A DNA stretch of 63,057 bases, filler included, from an uncultured bacterium (GCA_964371695.1; 26 parts of 26 records of this genome joined end to end with filler, not necessarily neighbours in it); one strand, 5' to 3'; counted from the first letter of the whole stretch, positions 50,468 to 60,576 are shown. Translations and numbers: made by a program. Notes: a model not told the origin generated them from the letters alone.

Positions 50468-51320
50468 GTGCAGGCAGGGTTCATCAGGCGGTTTCAGACC
50501 GGTTTGTGGGTGTTGGTGGCCGTGTTGGGGTTCACACCGGCGGCCTGGGCGGGGCGGGCGGCCTCTGGCCCCCGGCTGCTGATTCCCATGGACGACAGCC
50601 AGCGCAACCACCTGCGGGCCTATGGGCTGGTGTTTGACACCATCAAGCAGGGGGTGAAGGGCGAACTGCTGCTCAATTACCGGGGGGGCAGCTTTCTGAT
50701 TGAAGACCGCGACGCCTTCCGCAACATGGCGCTGGCAAAGGGCGTGACCTATGACCGCCTGGGCACAGGGGCCATCAACAGCATCTACCGCGCCATCGAA
50801 AACGAAAACATGGACGTGGTGGACCTGGAAAAGGCCCCCAAAATTGCCGTTTACACCCCCCCCAACAAAGACCCCTGGGACGACGCCGTCACCCTGGCCC
50901 TCACCTATGCCCAGATTCCCTATGACACCATCTGGGATGAAGACGTGCTGGCGGGCAAGCTGTCTCAATACGACTGGCTGCACCTGCACCACGAAGACTT
51001 CACCGGCCAGATGGGCAAGTTTTATGGCAGCTTCCGGTTTCAGGACTGGTACATCCAAAAGGCCCGGATGTTTGAACAGGCCGCCAAAAGCCACGACTAC
51101 AAATCCGTACACGAGTTCAAAAAAGCCGTGGCCGAAGAAATCGCCCGATATGTGGAAAACGGCGGGTTTCTGTTTGCCATGTGCGGCGCCACCGACACGT
51201 TGGACATCGCGCTCGCGGCCAAGGGGCTGGACGTGGTGGCCCCGGAACTGGACGGCACGCCGCTCACACCGGGCTTTGCCCAGAAACTGGCCTATGAGCG
51301 CACCTTCGCCTTCACCAACT
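50468..51320 (+). CDS. secreted class I glutamine-amidotransferase-like protein (family often labelled 'asparagine synthetase B'), 3'-truncated
   Basis: LLIPMD..Q.NHLRAYG, LLNYRGGSF, PWDDAVTLAL.YA.IPY, YDWLHLHHEDFTGQ, GGFLFAMC. Confidence 0.8.
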
Positions 51321-51420
51321 NNNNNNNNNNNNNNNNNNNNNNNNNNNNNNNNNNNNNNNNNNNNTTAATTAATTAANNNNNNNNNNNNNNNNNNNNNNNN
51401 NNNNNNNNNNNNNNNNNNNN

Positions 51421-51707
51421 GCCTCACGGTGGATGGCCGCCTGTTCAAATGGCACGAAGACCTGAAGTGGGATTATGACCGGCGCGACTTCATGGCCCCG
51501 TGGCGCATCACCGCGCCGGAAACAGGCGTGGCGGATCTCACTTTCACGCCGGTGCATGAGGTGAAAAACAGGGTGGACCTGGCCCTGGTGCGCTCAGAAC
51601 TGCATGTGCTCTATGGCCACTTCAACGGCAAGGTGAAGGCGGACGGTAAAACCTTCACCGTCAAAAACTTCGGCGGCTGGGCTGAGGAACACCTGGCCCG
51701 GTGGTAA
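51421..51707 (+). CDS. DUF2804 family protein, C-terminal fragment
   Basis: DGRLFK...DFMAPWRI...DLTFTP...GWAEEHLARW. Confidence 0.7.
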
Positions 51708-51717
51708 GGTAATACTT

Positions 51718-52806
51718 GTGTCTACTCACGCATCCCAGGAACTGAAGGGCCTCATTCTCTGTGCCGGCCACGGCACACGCCTGCGGCCGCTCACCTACAC
51801 CGGCGCAAAACACCTGCTGCCCATTGGCGGAAAGCCGGTGGTGGAATACGGCATCGAGCGCATGAAACACGCGGGCATTCACGAAATTGGCATGGTGGTG
51901 GGCAAATACCTGCCAGAGTTTGAAGAGGCCCTGGGCACCGGCAGCCGCCACGGCGTGAACCTGAATTACATTGTGCAGACCAAGGCGCGGGGCCTGGCCC
52001 ACGCGGTGGTGGTGTCGCAAGAGTATCTGGGTGAGAGCCCCTTTTTGATGTACCTGGGGGACAACCTCATCAAAAGCGATCTGAGCCAGTACGCCAAGCG
52101 GTTTCTGGATGAAAAACTCGACGCGCTGATTCTGCTCGCCAAGGTGCAGGATCCACGGGCCTTTGGCGTGGCGATTCTCAAGGAGGGCCGCGTGGTGGGC
52201 GTGGAGGAAAAACCGGCCAAGCCCACCAGCAACCTGGCCATCACGGGCATCTATTTTTTCAGCCCCGTCATTCACGACGCCATCGCCCGTCTGAAACCCA
52301 GCGCCCGGGGCGAGCTGGAAATCACCGACGCCATCGGCCTGTTGATCGCCCAGGGGGCGAAGGTTTATGGCGAGGTCATCACCGGCTGGTGGAAAGACAC
52401 CGGCAAACCCACCGACATCCTGGCCGCCAACCGGCTGATTCTTGAAGACCTGGAGCAGGAAATCCTGGGCGAGGTGGACGAAGCCAGCCACATCGATGGC
52501 CGCGTGTTCGTCGCGCCCGGCGCGGTGGTGCGCGACAGCCACATCCGCGGGCCGGTGTTCATTGGCCCAGGGGCCATGGTGGTGAACAGTTTTCTGGGAC
52601 CGTTCACCAGCCTCAGCGCCGGGGTGCGCATTGTGGGCAGCGAGCTGGAAAACACGGTGGTGATGGACAACTGCCTGATTGAAAACGTGGGCGCACGCAT
52701 CGACCAGTCCATCATTGGCCGCGGGGCCACCATCCGCGCCTCGGTGGGCAAACCCCAGTCACACCGTTTTGTGGTGAGCGACAGCAGCCAGATTGAAGTG
52801 CTGTAA
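51718..52806 (+). CDS. rmlA: glucose-1-phosphate thymidylyltransferase (long form)
   Basis: GHGTRLRPLT...KHLLP, GLAHAV, YLGDN, EEKP, SARGELEITD, WWKDTG; hexapeptide tail. Confidence 0.92.
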   Translation: MSTHASQELKGLILCAGHGTRLRPLTYTGAKHLLPIGGKPVVEYGIERMKHAGIHEIGMVVGKYLPEFEEALGTGSRHGVNLNYIVQTKARGLAHAVVVSQEYLGESPFLMYLGDNLIKSDLSQYAKRFLDEKLDALILLAKVQDPRAFGVAILKEGRVVGVEEKPAKPTSNLAITGIYFFSPVIHDAIARLKPSARGELEITDAIGLLIAQGAKVYGEVITGWWKDTGKPTDILAANRLILEDLEQEILGEVDEASHIDGRVFVAPGAVVRDSHIRGPVFIGPGAMVVNSFLGPFTSLSAGVRIVGSELENTVVMDNCLIENVGARIDQSIIGRGATIRASVGKPQSHRFVVSDSSQIEVL

Positions 52807-52821
52807 CCGGGTTGACACAGC

Positions 52822-53675
52822 CTACCCCGCTTCTTCCACCATCACGTGAATGCCGTATTCCTTCAGGCGGCGATAAAGCGTGGCCCGGCTGAGCTGAAGT
52901 TCCTGCGCCGCCAGCGACACGTTGCCCTCGCACACTTTCATCGCGTGTTCAATCGCCAAACGCTCCAGGTGCGAGAGCGGCACCACTTTACCGTGGAATA
53001 TTTCATCCATTCCAGCCGCTCCGGCGCTGAAGGCATCGCCCGACTGGTCATGCCCCACAGCGCCGGGTTCCTCCTCCGCCACGCGGTTCCAGAAGCAGAA
53101 GACTTCTTCTGCCAGGGCGCTTTCCCGCGTGCCGCTGCCAGGGCCGTCCAGGCTCCTCATGGTCGGCGGCAGGGCCTCGACAGGCGTGGGTTTTCCCGCG
53201 CACAACACACTCAGGCGCGTCACCAGATTTTTGAGTTCCCGCACGTTGCCCGGCCAGTCATAGGCCAGAAATGTCCGCTTCACGGCGGGCGTGAGAATGG
53301 GAAGCACTGCGTTCTCACGCAGAACAAGTTCCTTGAGAAAATGCTGCACCAGCAGGGGGATGTCCTCTTTCCGCTCCCGTAGCGGCGGCACAAACAGGCT
53401 CACCACTTCCAGGCGGTAATAAAGGTCTTCGCGGAAACGGTGGGCTTCGACATCCTGCCGCAGTTCGCGGTTGGTGGCGGCCACAATGCGCGCATCGGTG
53501 GGCAAGTTGTCTTCGCCCCCCACCCTTCTGAAGTGCCGCTCCTGCAACACCCGCAGCAGCTTGGCCTGCATCCGCAGTTCCATTTCACCGATCTCATCGA
53601 GAAACAGCGTGCCCCCCCGCGCCCGTAAAAAAAAACCCCGTTGCGAATAAACCCCGCGGTTAAAGGAACATTTTT
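52822..53675 (-). CDS. sigma-54-dependent enhancer-binding protein (AAA+ plus Fis HTH), 5'-truncated
   Basis: GGTLFLDEIGEM, QAKLLRVLQE, FREDLYYRL, WPGNVREL, GNVSLAAQEL.LSRATLYRRL. Confidence 0.95.
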
Positions 53676-53775
53676 NNNNNNNNNNNNNNNNNNNNNNNNN
53701 NNNNNNNNNNNNNNNNNNNTTAATTAATTAANNNNNNNNNNNNNNNNNNNNNNNNNNNNNNNNNNNNNNNNNNNN

Positions 53776-53949
53776 GGCCAAGTCTTCTTTGCTGACTTCC
53801 TCTTTGCTTTGCAGCTTCAGATATTCCTGCGACAGGTCCATCACTTCTTGCGGCAGCTTGGCGGGGTCCATTTTTTTACTGGCTGCCTGAGCGGGTGACA
53901 TCAGCAGAACGAAGCCCAGCAACAGGCCGGCGAGCAGGTGCTTTTTCAT
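53776..53949 (-). CDS. secreted protein, N-terminal fragment
   Basis: GGAGG SD; signal peptide MKKHLLAGLLLGFVLLMSPAQA. Confidence 0.7.
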
Positions 53950-54047
53950 GGAAACCTCCGGGGAATTGGTGCGGCCAGTATAGGTTTCCTGCGCCGGGCC
54001 AGGATGCAAAAACAAAAAACCAGATAAGGTTTCTGGTCTTTTTTCAT

Positions 54048-54639
54048 GCCACAGGCGGGACGCCCGTGGCTAATGACTTTTCCGGAGTAGCGGCGGGCTA
54101 TCGCCTTCTCGCGGCTGGGTGCCCCAATGGGCACCCAGAGTGCCTCCGCTCGAACTCACACCGCCGCGAATGGCAAAAACCCATGATTTCGATCTTGTTT
54201 TTGCGCGGTGGGGACACCGCGCCTGCTCCTGAACGGCGGGGAACGAGGGGGCTTTTTCTTTTTCCAGCCTCCGGCCTTCCTCATACCAATGAACATTCAA
54301 AATAGCAGGAATGTTCATTGGTTTTATTGGCCTTGCCATTCGTCGTGAATGGCTACGGCCCGGCGCGGCGCAGGCAAAGCCAGCTTGCGCCGCGAACACC
54401 TCCGGCCCACAGGATTGTTTCAAAAGTTCCTCCTGAACTTTTGAAACCACCGCCTTCGGGGGCAGAGCCACCCTCGGCGGCCTTCACGCGACCTCCTGTC
54501 GCGTGGGGCCTCGGTGTTCGATGCGAATTCATCCATGAATTCATACCAATTTTCACCGAACCGCCGGACTTCGCAGCACCCATTTCCCAACCGGCTCATC
54601 GCTCAGGGTTAATGTTGTTTCGATTGAAAATTTGTATCA
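54048..54639 (+). repeat. composite structured repeat: family A with a nested family C module
   Basis: Colinear with 60186-60511; extra ~95 nt (54409-54505) sits inside a hairpin loop; 99-bp TIR module at 54541-54639. Confidence 0.9.
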
Positions 54640-56028
54640 CGCGCCGTCTTTGAAAAACGAGACAAGGAGTGAAAGCTGCTGGGCCATCTGGCTGAGGTCA
54701 ACGGCGGAATCGGACACCTCGTGTGTGGCGGCGGTGATTTCCTGCACCGACCCGGCGATGGTTTCCGTGCCCTGCACCGTTTCGCCCACGGCCTTGACCA
54801 TGTGGCTCATCAGTTCGCCCAGAGACGTGCTGAAGCGCTGGATTTCTTCGCTGGCGCGGGCGATTTCTTCAAACGACGCGCTGGAGACATCCATGGAGGC
54901 CCGGATGGTTTCAAACCGCCCGCTGGCATCCCGCACAATGCTCGCGCCTTCGCGCACGGTGCTCTGGTGCGAGTGCATTTCTTTCACCACGCTTTCCACC
55001 AGAATCTGGCTCTGGCGTATGAGCTGGGTGATTTCCCGCGCCGCCTTGCTGCTCACCCCCGCCAGTTCGCGCACCTCTTTGCTCACCACGGCAAAGCCCC
55101 GGCCATGTTCGCCTGCCCGCTCGGCCTCAATGGCGGCGTTCAGCGCCAGCAGATTCACCTGCTCGGCGATGTGCGAAATCAGCCCCGCCGCACCGTGGAC
55201 TTTTTCGGTGGCGTCCTTGAGCGAGAGGATGTTGTCCAGGGCCTGATCGTTTTCACCCACAATGCTGTCCATCTGGCGGGTCATGGCCTCCATGGCCTGC
55301 ACCCCCTCGGAAGAGAGCAGGCGGTTGTGAGAGACCGTCTCGGCGCTTTCACCGATCTGTTCGTTGATGCGCCCCAGGGCCTGAATGGTTTTTTCTCCCT
55401 GGGAGCGGGTGCTGGAGACGATTTCCTCCATCCACACCGCCTTGAAGGTGAGGCCCTCCACCTGGGTGGCGATCTGCGACATGCCGTCGCTGGTTTCGGC
55501 AGTGTTGGCACGGAGACTCTCGGCGTTGCCGATGAGTTTGCCAGAGGCTTCCCGCAGGGAACTCACCAGTTGACGCAGGCTCTCCAGCGTGGTGTTGAAG
55601 GCCCCCACCATCATGCCGATCTGGTCTTCACCCCGGTAACGCAATGAGGCGCTCAGGTCGCCCTGGCTGATTTTTTTCATGGTGGCGGTGGTTTCTTCGA
55701 TGGGCCGGACAAGATGTTTGGCAAAACGCATGGCCACCCACACCACGCCCCCCACCGTCAGCAGCACCAGCCCCAACAGCGCCAGCAACTGGTCGCGCAC
55801 CATGCCCGCCGCTTCGGTCAGCGGCAGGTCGTGGGCCAGTTCCCAGCCCGACAAAGGCATGGCCACCGTGTGGTGCAGGGTGAAGCCCGTGCTGTGGCTG
55901 CCGATGAGGTGCTGGTTGTTTTCGTCGGTGATGAAGTTGCCCTTGCCGCTGCCGATCTGCTCGCGCAGCGCCTTGATGGCCCAGAACCCCGCCAGCAACC
56001 CCACCACCTCGCCGGATTTGCTGCGCAC
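54637..56028 (-). CDS. methyl-accepting chemotaxis protein, 5'-truncated
   Basis: TM, HAMP, signalling hairpin [29 protein letters not shown]. Confidence 0.96.
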   Translation of the reverse strand: MRSKSGEVVGLLAGFWAIKALREQIGSGKGNFITDENNQHLIGSHSTGFTLHHTVAMPLSGWELAHDLPLTEAAGMVRDQLLALLGLVLLTVGGVVWVAMRFAKHLVRPIEETTATMKKISQGDLSASLRYRGEDQIGMMVGAFNTTLESLRQLVSSLREASGKLIGNAESLRANTAETSDGMSQIATQVEGLTFKAVWMEEIVSSTRSQGEKTIQALGRINEQIGESAETVSHNRLLSSEGVQAMEAMTRQMDSIVGENDQALDNILSLKDATEKVHGAAGLISHIAEQVNLLALNAAIEAERAGEHGRGFAVVSKEVRELAGVSSKAAREITQLIRQSQILVESVVKEMHSHQSTVREGASIVRDASGRFETIRASMDVSSASFEEIARASEEIQRFSTSLGELMSHMVKAVGETVQGTETIAGSVQEITAATHEVSDSAVDLSQMAQQLSLLVSFFKDGA

Positions 56029-56128
56029 NNNNNNNNNNNNNNNNNNNNNNNNNNNNNNNNNNNNNNNNNNNNTTAATTAATTAANNNNNNNNNNNNNNNN
56101 NNNNNNNNNNNNNNNNNNNNNNNNNNNN

Positions 56129-56553
56129 TCTCTGGCCCCCGCACGGCGCAGCGCCCCGGCCACCTCGACAAACCCCCCCGGCAGGCGCACCAGATGCTGC
56201 TGACCCACGGCTTCGTGCAGGGCCGTGAGACCCTTTTTGTCGCGGGCGGTGAGATCCGCCCCTTTTTTGATCAGCAGCTTCACCAGTTCGGGATAACCTT
56301 TTTCCGCCGCAAGGTTCAGCACCGGCTGGCCATCGGGCGTGCGGGCGTCGGGGTCGGCCCCCTCCCCCAGCACTTCGGCGGCATAGGCCGGGTCGTTGAA
56401 ATTCACGGCGTCCACCAGTTCGCCGTTCAGTTCGGCCTTGGCGCTGGCGGAAAGTTTCTTTTTGGCCTGAGCGGGTGTGCAAAAAAAGTTGAGCAGGAGC
56501 GCAAGTCCCAGACACCAGGACAACCCGCGCCAATGAAGGGTGGATTTACACAT
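56129..56553 (-). CDS. secreted ankyrin-repeat protein, 3'-truncated
   Basis: Signal peptide ending PAQA; G.PVLNLAAEKG..ELVKLLIKKGAD, GLTALHEA. Confidence 0.85.
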
Positions 56554-57838
56554 TAAACTTCGGGTCGCCCATGCCGAACTCCGGCTTTTTGGGCGGAGCC
56601 GCACCACCGGCGGGGGGTTTGTCGGGGGGATTTTTGTCGGGCGGTGGTTTGTCGCCGGGGGGCTTCACCAGACCGGGGCCAGGTTTTTTTCCGCCCGCGC
56701 CCAGGCCGCCCTTGGCGGAGTCCATGGGGCCAAAGATGTCCTCCTGGCTGTCGCTGGTGCCGGAACCGGCGTAGATGCCCTTGAGGTTGAGCTTGAATTC
56801 GTCAGGGTTGCCGGTGGTGGCCAGGGCTTCATCCAGCGTGATGAGGCCCTCCTGATAGTGCTTGACCAGGGACATGTTCATGGTACACATGCCATAAAAC
56901 TGGCCCTGCATGATGGCTTCATAAATACGTGTGGCGTCGCCGTGTTCGAGAATGATTTTGCGCACCGTGGGCGTGGCGATGAGGATTTCGATGGCGGGCA
57001 CGCGCCCCTTGCCGTCGGCCCGGGGCAACAGGCGCTGGCTCACCACGCCCTGCAACGCCACCGAGAGCTGAATGCGTATCTGGCTCTGCTGGTGGGGGGG
57101 GAACACGTCGATGATGCGGTCGATGGTCTGCGGGGCGTCGGTGGTGTGCAGGGTGCTGAACACGAGGTGGCCGGTTTCTGCGGCCGTGAGCGCGGTGGCG
57201 ATGGTTTCGGTGTCGCGCATTTCGCCCACCAGAATCACGTCGGGGTCTTGCCGGAAAGCGGCGCGCAGGGCGCTGCCAAAACTGTCGGTGTCGGTGCCCA
57301 CCTCGCGCTGGCTGATGATGCACTTGTTGTCGCGGTAGAGAAACTCCACCGGGTCTTCCACCGTCACCACGTGCAGGTTTTTGCGGTTGTTGATGTAATC
57401 GATCATGGCGGCCAGGGTGGTGCTTTTGCCCGAGCCGGTGGGGCCGGTGACCAGCACCAGACCACGGTTGAGGTTGCAGAGGTATTGCAGGGGTTTTTGC
57501 GGCACCATGAGGTCGTCAAAGGATTTGATCTCGAAGGGCACGATGCGCATGACCGCGCGAATGGAGCTGCGCTGGATGCACAGGTTGACCCTGAACCGCG
57601 CCAGACCACGCACGGAATAGGCGAAGTCCAGTTCGTGGGTGGCCTCGAAGTGACTCTTTTGTTTGTCGGTGAGGATGCCATAGAGCATCTGCTTGAGGTC
57701 GTCTGCCCCCAGGCGGTCTTTGCCGATGGGCATGAGCCGACCGTTGAGGCGGGCCACGGGGGGCGTGCCAACCTTCAGGTGCAGGTCAGAGCCGCCGCGC
57801 TCCACCATGGTGGTGAGAAAATCGTTGATGTGGGCCAC
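56546..57838 (-). CDS. pilT: type IV pilus retraction ATPase PilT/PilU
   Basis: SDLHL, GPTGSGKST, EDPVE, RQDPD, GEMRD, TGHLVFSTLHT; GTG start at 57838; Pro/Lys/Gly-rich tail. Confidence 0.93.
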   Translation of the reverse strand: MAHINDFLTTMVERGGSDLHLKVGTPPVARLNGRLMPIGKDRLGADDLKQMLYGILTDKQKSHFEATHELDFAYSVRGLARFRVNLCIQRSSIRAVMRIVPFEIKSFDDLMVPQKPLQYLCNLNRGLVLVTGPTGSGKSTTLAAMIDYINNRKNLHVVTVEDPVEFLYRDNKCIISQREVGTDTDSFGSALRAAFRQDPDVILVGEMRDTETIATALTAAETGHLVFSTLHTTDAPQTIDRIIDVFPPHQQSQIRIQLSVALQGVVSQRLLPRADGKGRVPAIEILIATPTVRKIILEHGDATRIYEAIMQGQFYGMCTMNMSLVKHYQEGLITLDEALATTGNPDEFKLNLKGIYAGSGTSDSQEDIFGPMDSAKGGLGAGGKKPGPGLVKPPGDKPPPDKNPPDKPPAGGAAPPKKPEFGMGDPKFNV

Positions 57839-57930
57839 GGGAGAAGTATAAAAAAATTTGGCTAAAGGTTTTTGGAGGTCCGCCGTAAAAAGAGAATGAC
57901 ATTGGTGCTGAAAAAGCACTCCCTACATGG

Positions 57931-57963
57931 AAAGCCACCGCTCCTAGAACGGTGGCTTTTTTT
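57931..57963. terminator. intrinsic terminator-like hairpin
   Basis: aaagccaccg...cggtggcttttttt. Confidence 0.65.
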
Positions 57964-58045
57964 CGCAGGTTACGCCTGCGGCGGGGGGCATCAGCTTGTT
58001 ATGGGGGGCGGACCTCCTGGAACCTTTTGGTAAAACCGGGTCTTC

Positions 58046-58294
58046 TCAGTCTTCGGCTTCTTCAAAATCCATTTCGGCGACAAGCTCACGCTTGTTTTCT
58101 TCGGTGTTGATCTGTTCTTCGGTGAGGCGGGTGCGTTCCACGGCCTGATAGCTGTGTTTGGCCTTGCCCTTGGAGGTGAACAGAAGCAGCAGATGACCGG
58201 GTTGCTCCTGCGCCACGCGATAGAGTTTGCCTTCCAAATCCACCAGATCGCCCACCTTGGCCTTGGGAAAATGTTCCTTGTGAATCATTCGCAT
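58046..58294 (-). CDS. small hypothetical protein (SH3/KOW-like N-terminus, acidic tail)
   Basis: 82-aa ORF with KVGDLV.L.GK.YRV pattern. Confidence 0.65.
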   Translation of the reverse strand: MRMIHKEHFPKAKVGDLVDLEGKLYRVAQEQPGHLLLLFTSKGKAKHSYQAVERTRLTEEQINTEENKRELVAEMDFEEAED

Positions 58295-58486
58295 AAGAAT
58301 TACTTCGCTTTCTACTTTACCTCACCGAACCATTAAACCGGTCCTCTGGATAAAAATCAAGACGAACAGAAGTAAACNNNNNNNNNNNNNNNNNNNNNNN
58401 NNNNNNNNNNNNNNNNNNNNNTTAATTAATTAANNNNNNNNNNNNNNNNNNNNNNNNNNNNNNNNNNNNNNNNNNNNCCGCCGCGT

Positions 58487-58583
58487 TTCCGCAGGGCTGC
58501 CCCAGCCGGAAGGCGCACAAGCCTTTCGGGGAGGTCCAATTTCTGATGTGGGAGTGTCTTCCGGCTGGGGCAGCCCTGCGGAA
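58487..58583. repeat. 26-bp perfect inverted repeat
   Basis: ttccgcagggctgccccagccggaag (58487-58512) pairs with 58558-58583. Confidence 0.9.
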
Positions 58584-58856
58584 CCATGGCCGCACGAAGT
58601 GCGGCTGGTCGTGGCCCAACCTGTGGGAACCACAGTGCTGAAATCCAATCCGACAATTTCCGTAGTAGCCACGGGCGTCCTCGCCTGTGGGTTAAAAACA
58701 AAGGTCAAAAACCTTTTCTGTATTCACTGGATTCCCGCTTTCGCGGGAATGACGGCGGGCATGGCATTTTGGTTTTTTCTGCGCGTAGCGCCTCATGCGG
58801 TGGGTCCGGGAGGCCCGCTGGCCTCCCGGTGGGGGGATTGGGGGGCAACGCCCCCC

Positions 58857-59891
58857 ATGAAAAAACAGATGAAAAATCCATTGTTTTTTGTTTTGGGTTT
58901 GATGGTTTTATTCGCCAGTTCGGCCTGGGGCGCAGCAGCGCCCAAACCCTTGCCGCGACTGTGTGCGGAATCTGCCGCGCCAGATGACGCGCCCGACAAA
59001 CATTTCATCCGCTGCCGTCTGGACAGCGGTTCGTATGCGCCCGCCAAGCCGCCCGCGCCAAAAAAAAATCTGAAAGTGGCGGCGTTTAATCTGGCCGCAG
59101 GGCATGCGCTGGCTGATCTGAAACGCATCATGACCACCGACCCGGACCTGAAAGACGTGGACGTGTGGCTTTTGAGTGAAGCGGACAGGGGTTGCCAGCA
59201 TGGCGACAAATCGCCCCACGTGGCCGCCGAACTGGCCGGGGCGCTGAAGATGCACTGGGTTTATGCCGTGGAGTTCATGGAGGTGGATTTTGCATCTGCC
59301 GCCGGGCCGGTGCAGCGCGTGTGCGAGCACGGCAACGCCATCCTCAGCCGCTATCCCCTCAAAAACGCCCATCCAATCCGCCACCGGGCCGCCAGCAAGT
59401 GGTATGAACCCCCCGCCCAGCGCGCCCAGCGGGGCAATGCCCACACCCGCCTGGGGGGCCGCGTGGCGCTGTCGGCAGACGTGATGACGGCCAAGGGGGC
59501 GGTGCGGGTTTATTCACTGCATCTGGAAAACTCGGCGCTGGCCAATTTTGTGCGAGTAAAACAGTCGGGCGAAGTCATTGCCGATGCCCAAAACTTTACC
59601 GGCCCCGTGGTGGTGGGGGGCGACCTGAACACCGATTTTTATTACAACGATCTGGTGTCGGGCATCGCCCGCGACCCCACGCCCAAAACCTATGCGGCGG
59701 CGGGTTATGCCGACGCCCACGCCGCTTTGCCCGCCTCGGCGCGGGCCACCAACGACGGCAAAACTTATGGCCCCCAGACCTGGGATCTGATTTTTCTCAA
59801 AAAGACCAAGGCCCTCAAAAGCGGTGTGTGCCCCCTGGCCCGTTGCGGCGGTCCCAGTGATCACCTGCCGGTGTGGACGGTGCTGGATTAG
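58857..59891 (+). CDS. secreted endonuclease/exonuclease/phosphatase (EEP) family protein
   Basis: Signal peptide; AFN, LLSEAD, HGNAILSRYP, SLHLE, GGDLNT, SDHLPV. Confidence 0.9.
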   Translation: MKKQMKNPLFFVLGLMVLFASSAWGAAAPKPLPRLCAESAAPDDAPDKHFIRCRLDSGSYAPAKPPAPKKNLKVAAFNLAAGHALADLKRIMTTDPDLKDVDVWLLSEADRGCQHGDKSPHVAAELAGALKMHWVYAVEFMEVDFASAAGPVQRVCEHGNAILSRYPLKNAHPIRHRAASKWYEPPAQRAQRGNAHTRLGGRVALSADVMTAKGAVRVYSLHLENSALANFVRVKQSGEVIADAQNFTGPVVVGGDLNTDFYYNDLVSGIARDPTPKTYAAAGYADAHAALPASARATNDGKTYGPQTWDLIFLKKTKALKSGVCPLARCGGPSDHLPVWTVLD

Positions 59892-60576
59892 CCGGGTGTT
59901 GACAAACACCCTGCTAAATCCATGGATGAATTTTCCGCTTGCGGGAGTTTGAAGAACTCCAGCAAAAGCGCCATTTTATGCAAGTTTATGCACTCCAGCA
60001 TCGTTCCCTCTCCCTCGATGGGATAGGGGGTAGAAGGTGTCCTATCGTTGACGGGCACGACAAGGCGGAACCTCATGCACAAACTTCATCAAAATGAACT
60101 AAAACCCAACGCCATCGGGGGGCACTTCACTCTCGGCGTGGCGAAAACCTCAACTTTTTCAAAGTTTTGGCTTTCGAGAACAGCCGCTATCGCCTTTGCT
60201 CGGCCAGATGCCCATTGGGGTATCTGGAAAGACTCCTCGCAAACTCATACCAATGAACATTTAAAACAGCAGGAATGTTCATTGGTTTTATTGGCCTTGC
60301 CGTTCGTCGTGAACGGCTGCGGCCCGGCGCGGCGCAGGCAAAGCCCGCTTGCGCCGCGAACACCTCCGGCCCTGTCTGGGCCTCGGTGTTCGAGTTGAAT
60401 TCATCCATGAATTCATACCAATTTTCACCGAACCGTCTGACTTCGCAGCACCCGTTTCCAAACCGGTTCATCGCTCAGGGTTAATGTTGTTTTGGTTGAG
60501 AATTGGTATTATGGCCGCAAGAGCCTGTCCAAAGTGGGCCATGTTTCATATAGCCCACTTTTGAAACAGGTTCTTT
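59889..60576. repeat. long intergenic array of repeat modules (CAGGGTGTT hairpin, family C, complete family A at 60186-60511, AGAGCCTGT mini-element)
   Basis: Each module recurs elsewhere in the window. Confidence 0.88.

Noticed and set aside
60048-60564. Short ORFs with shared peptides (also at 41900-42280 and 54070-54653) suggesting a small-protein family
   Set aside because: They are translations of repeat family A in various frames, with inconsistent starts and stops
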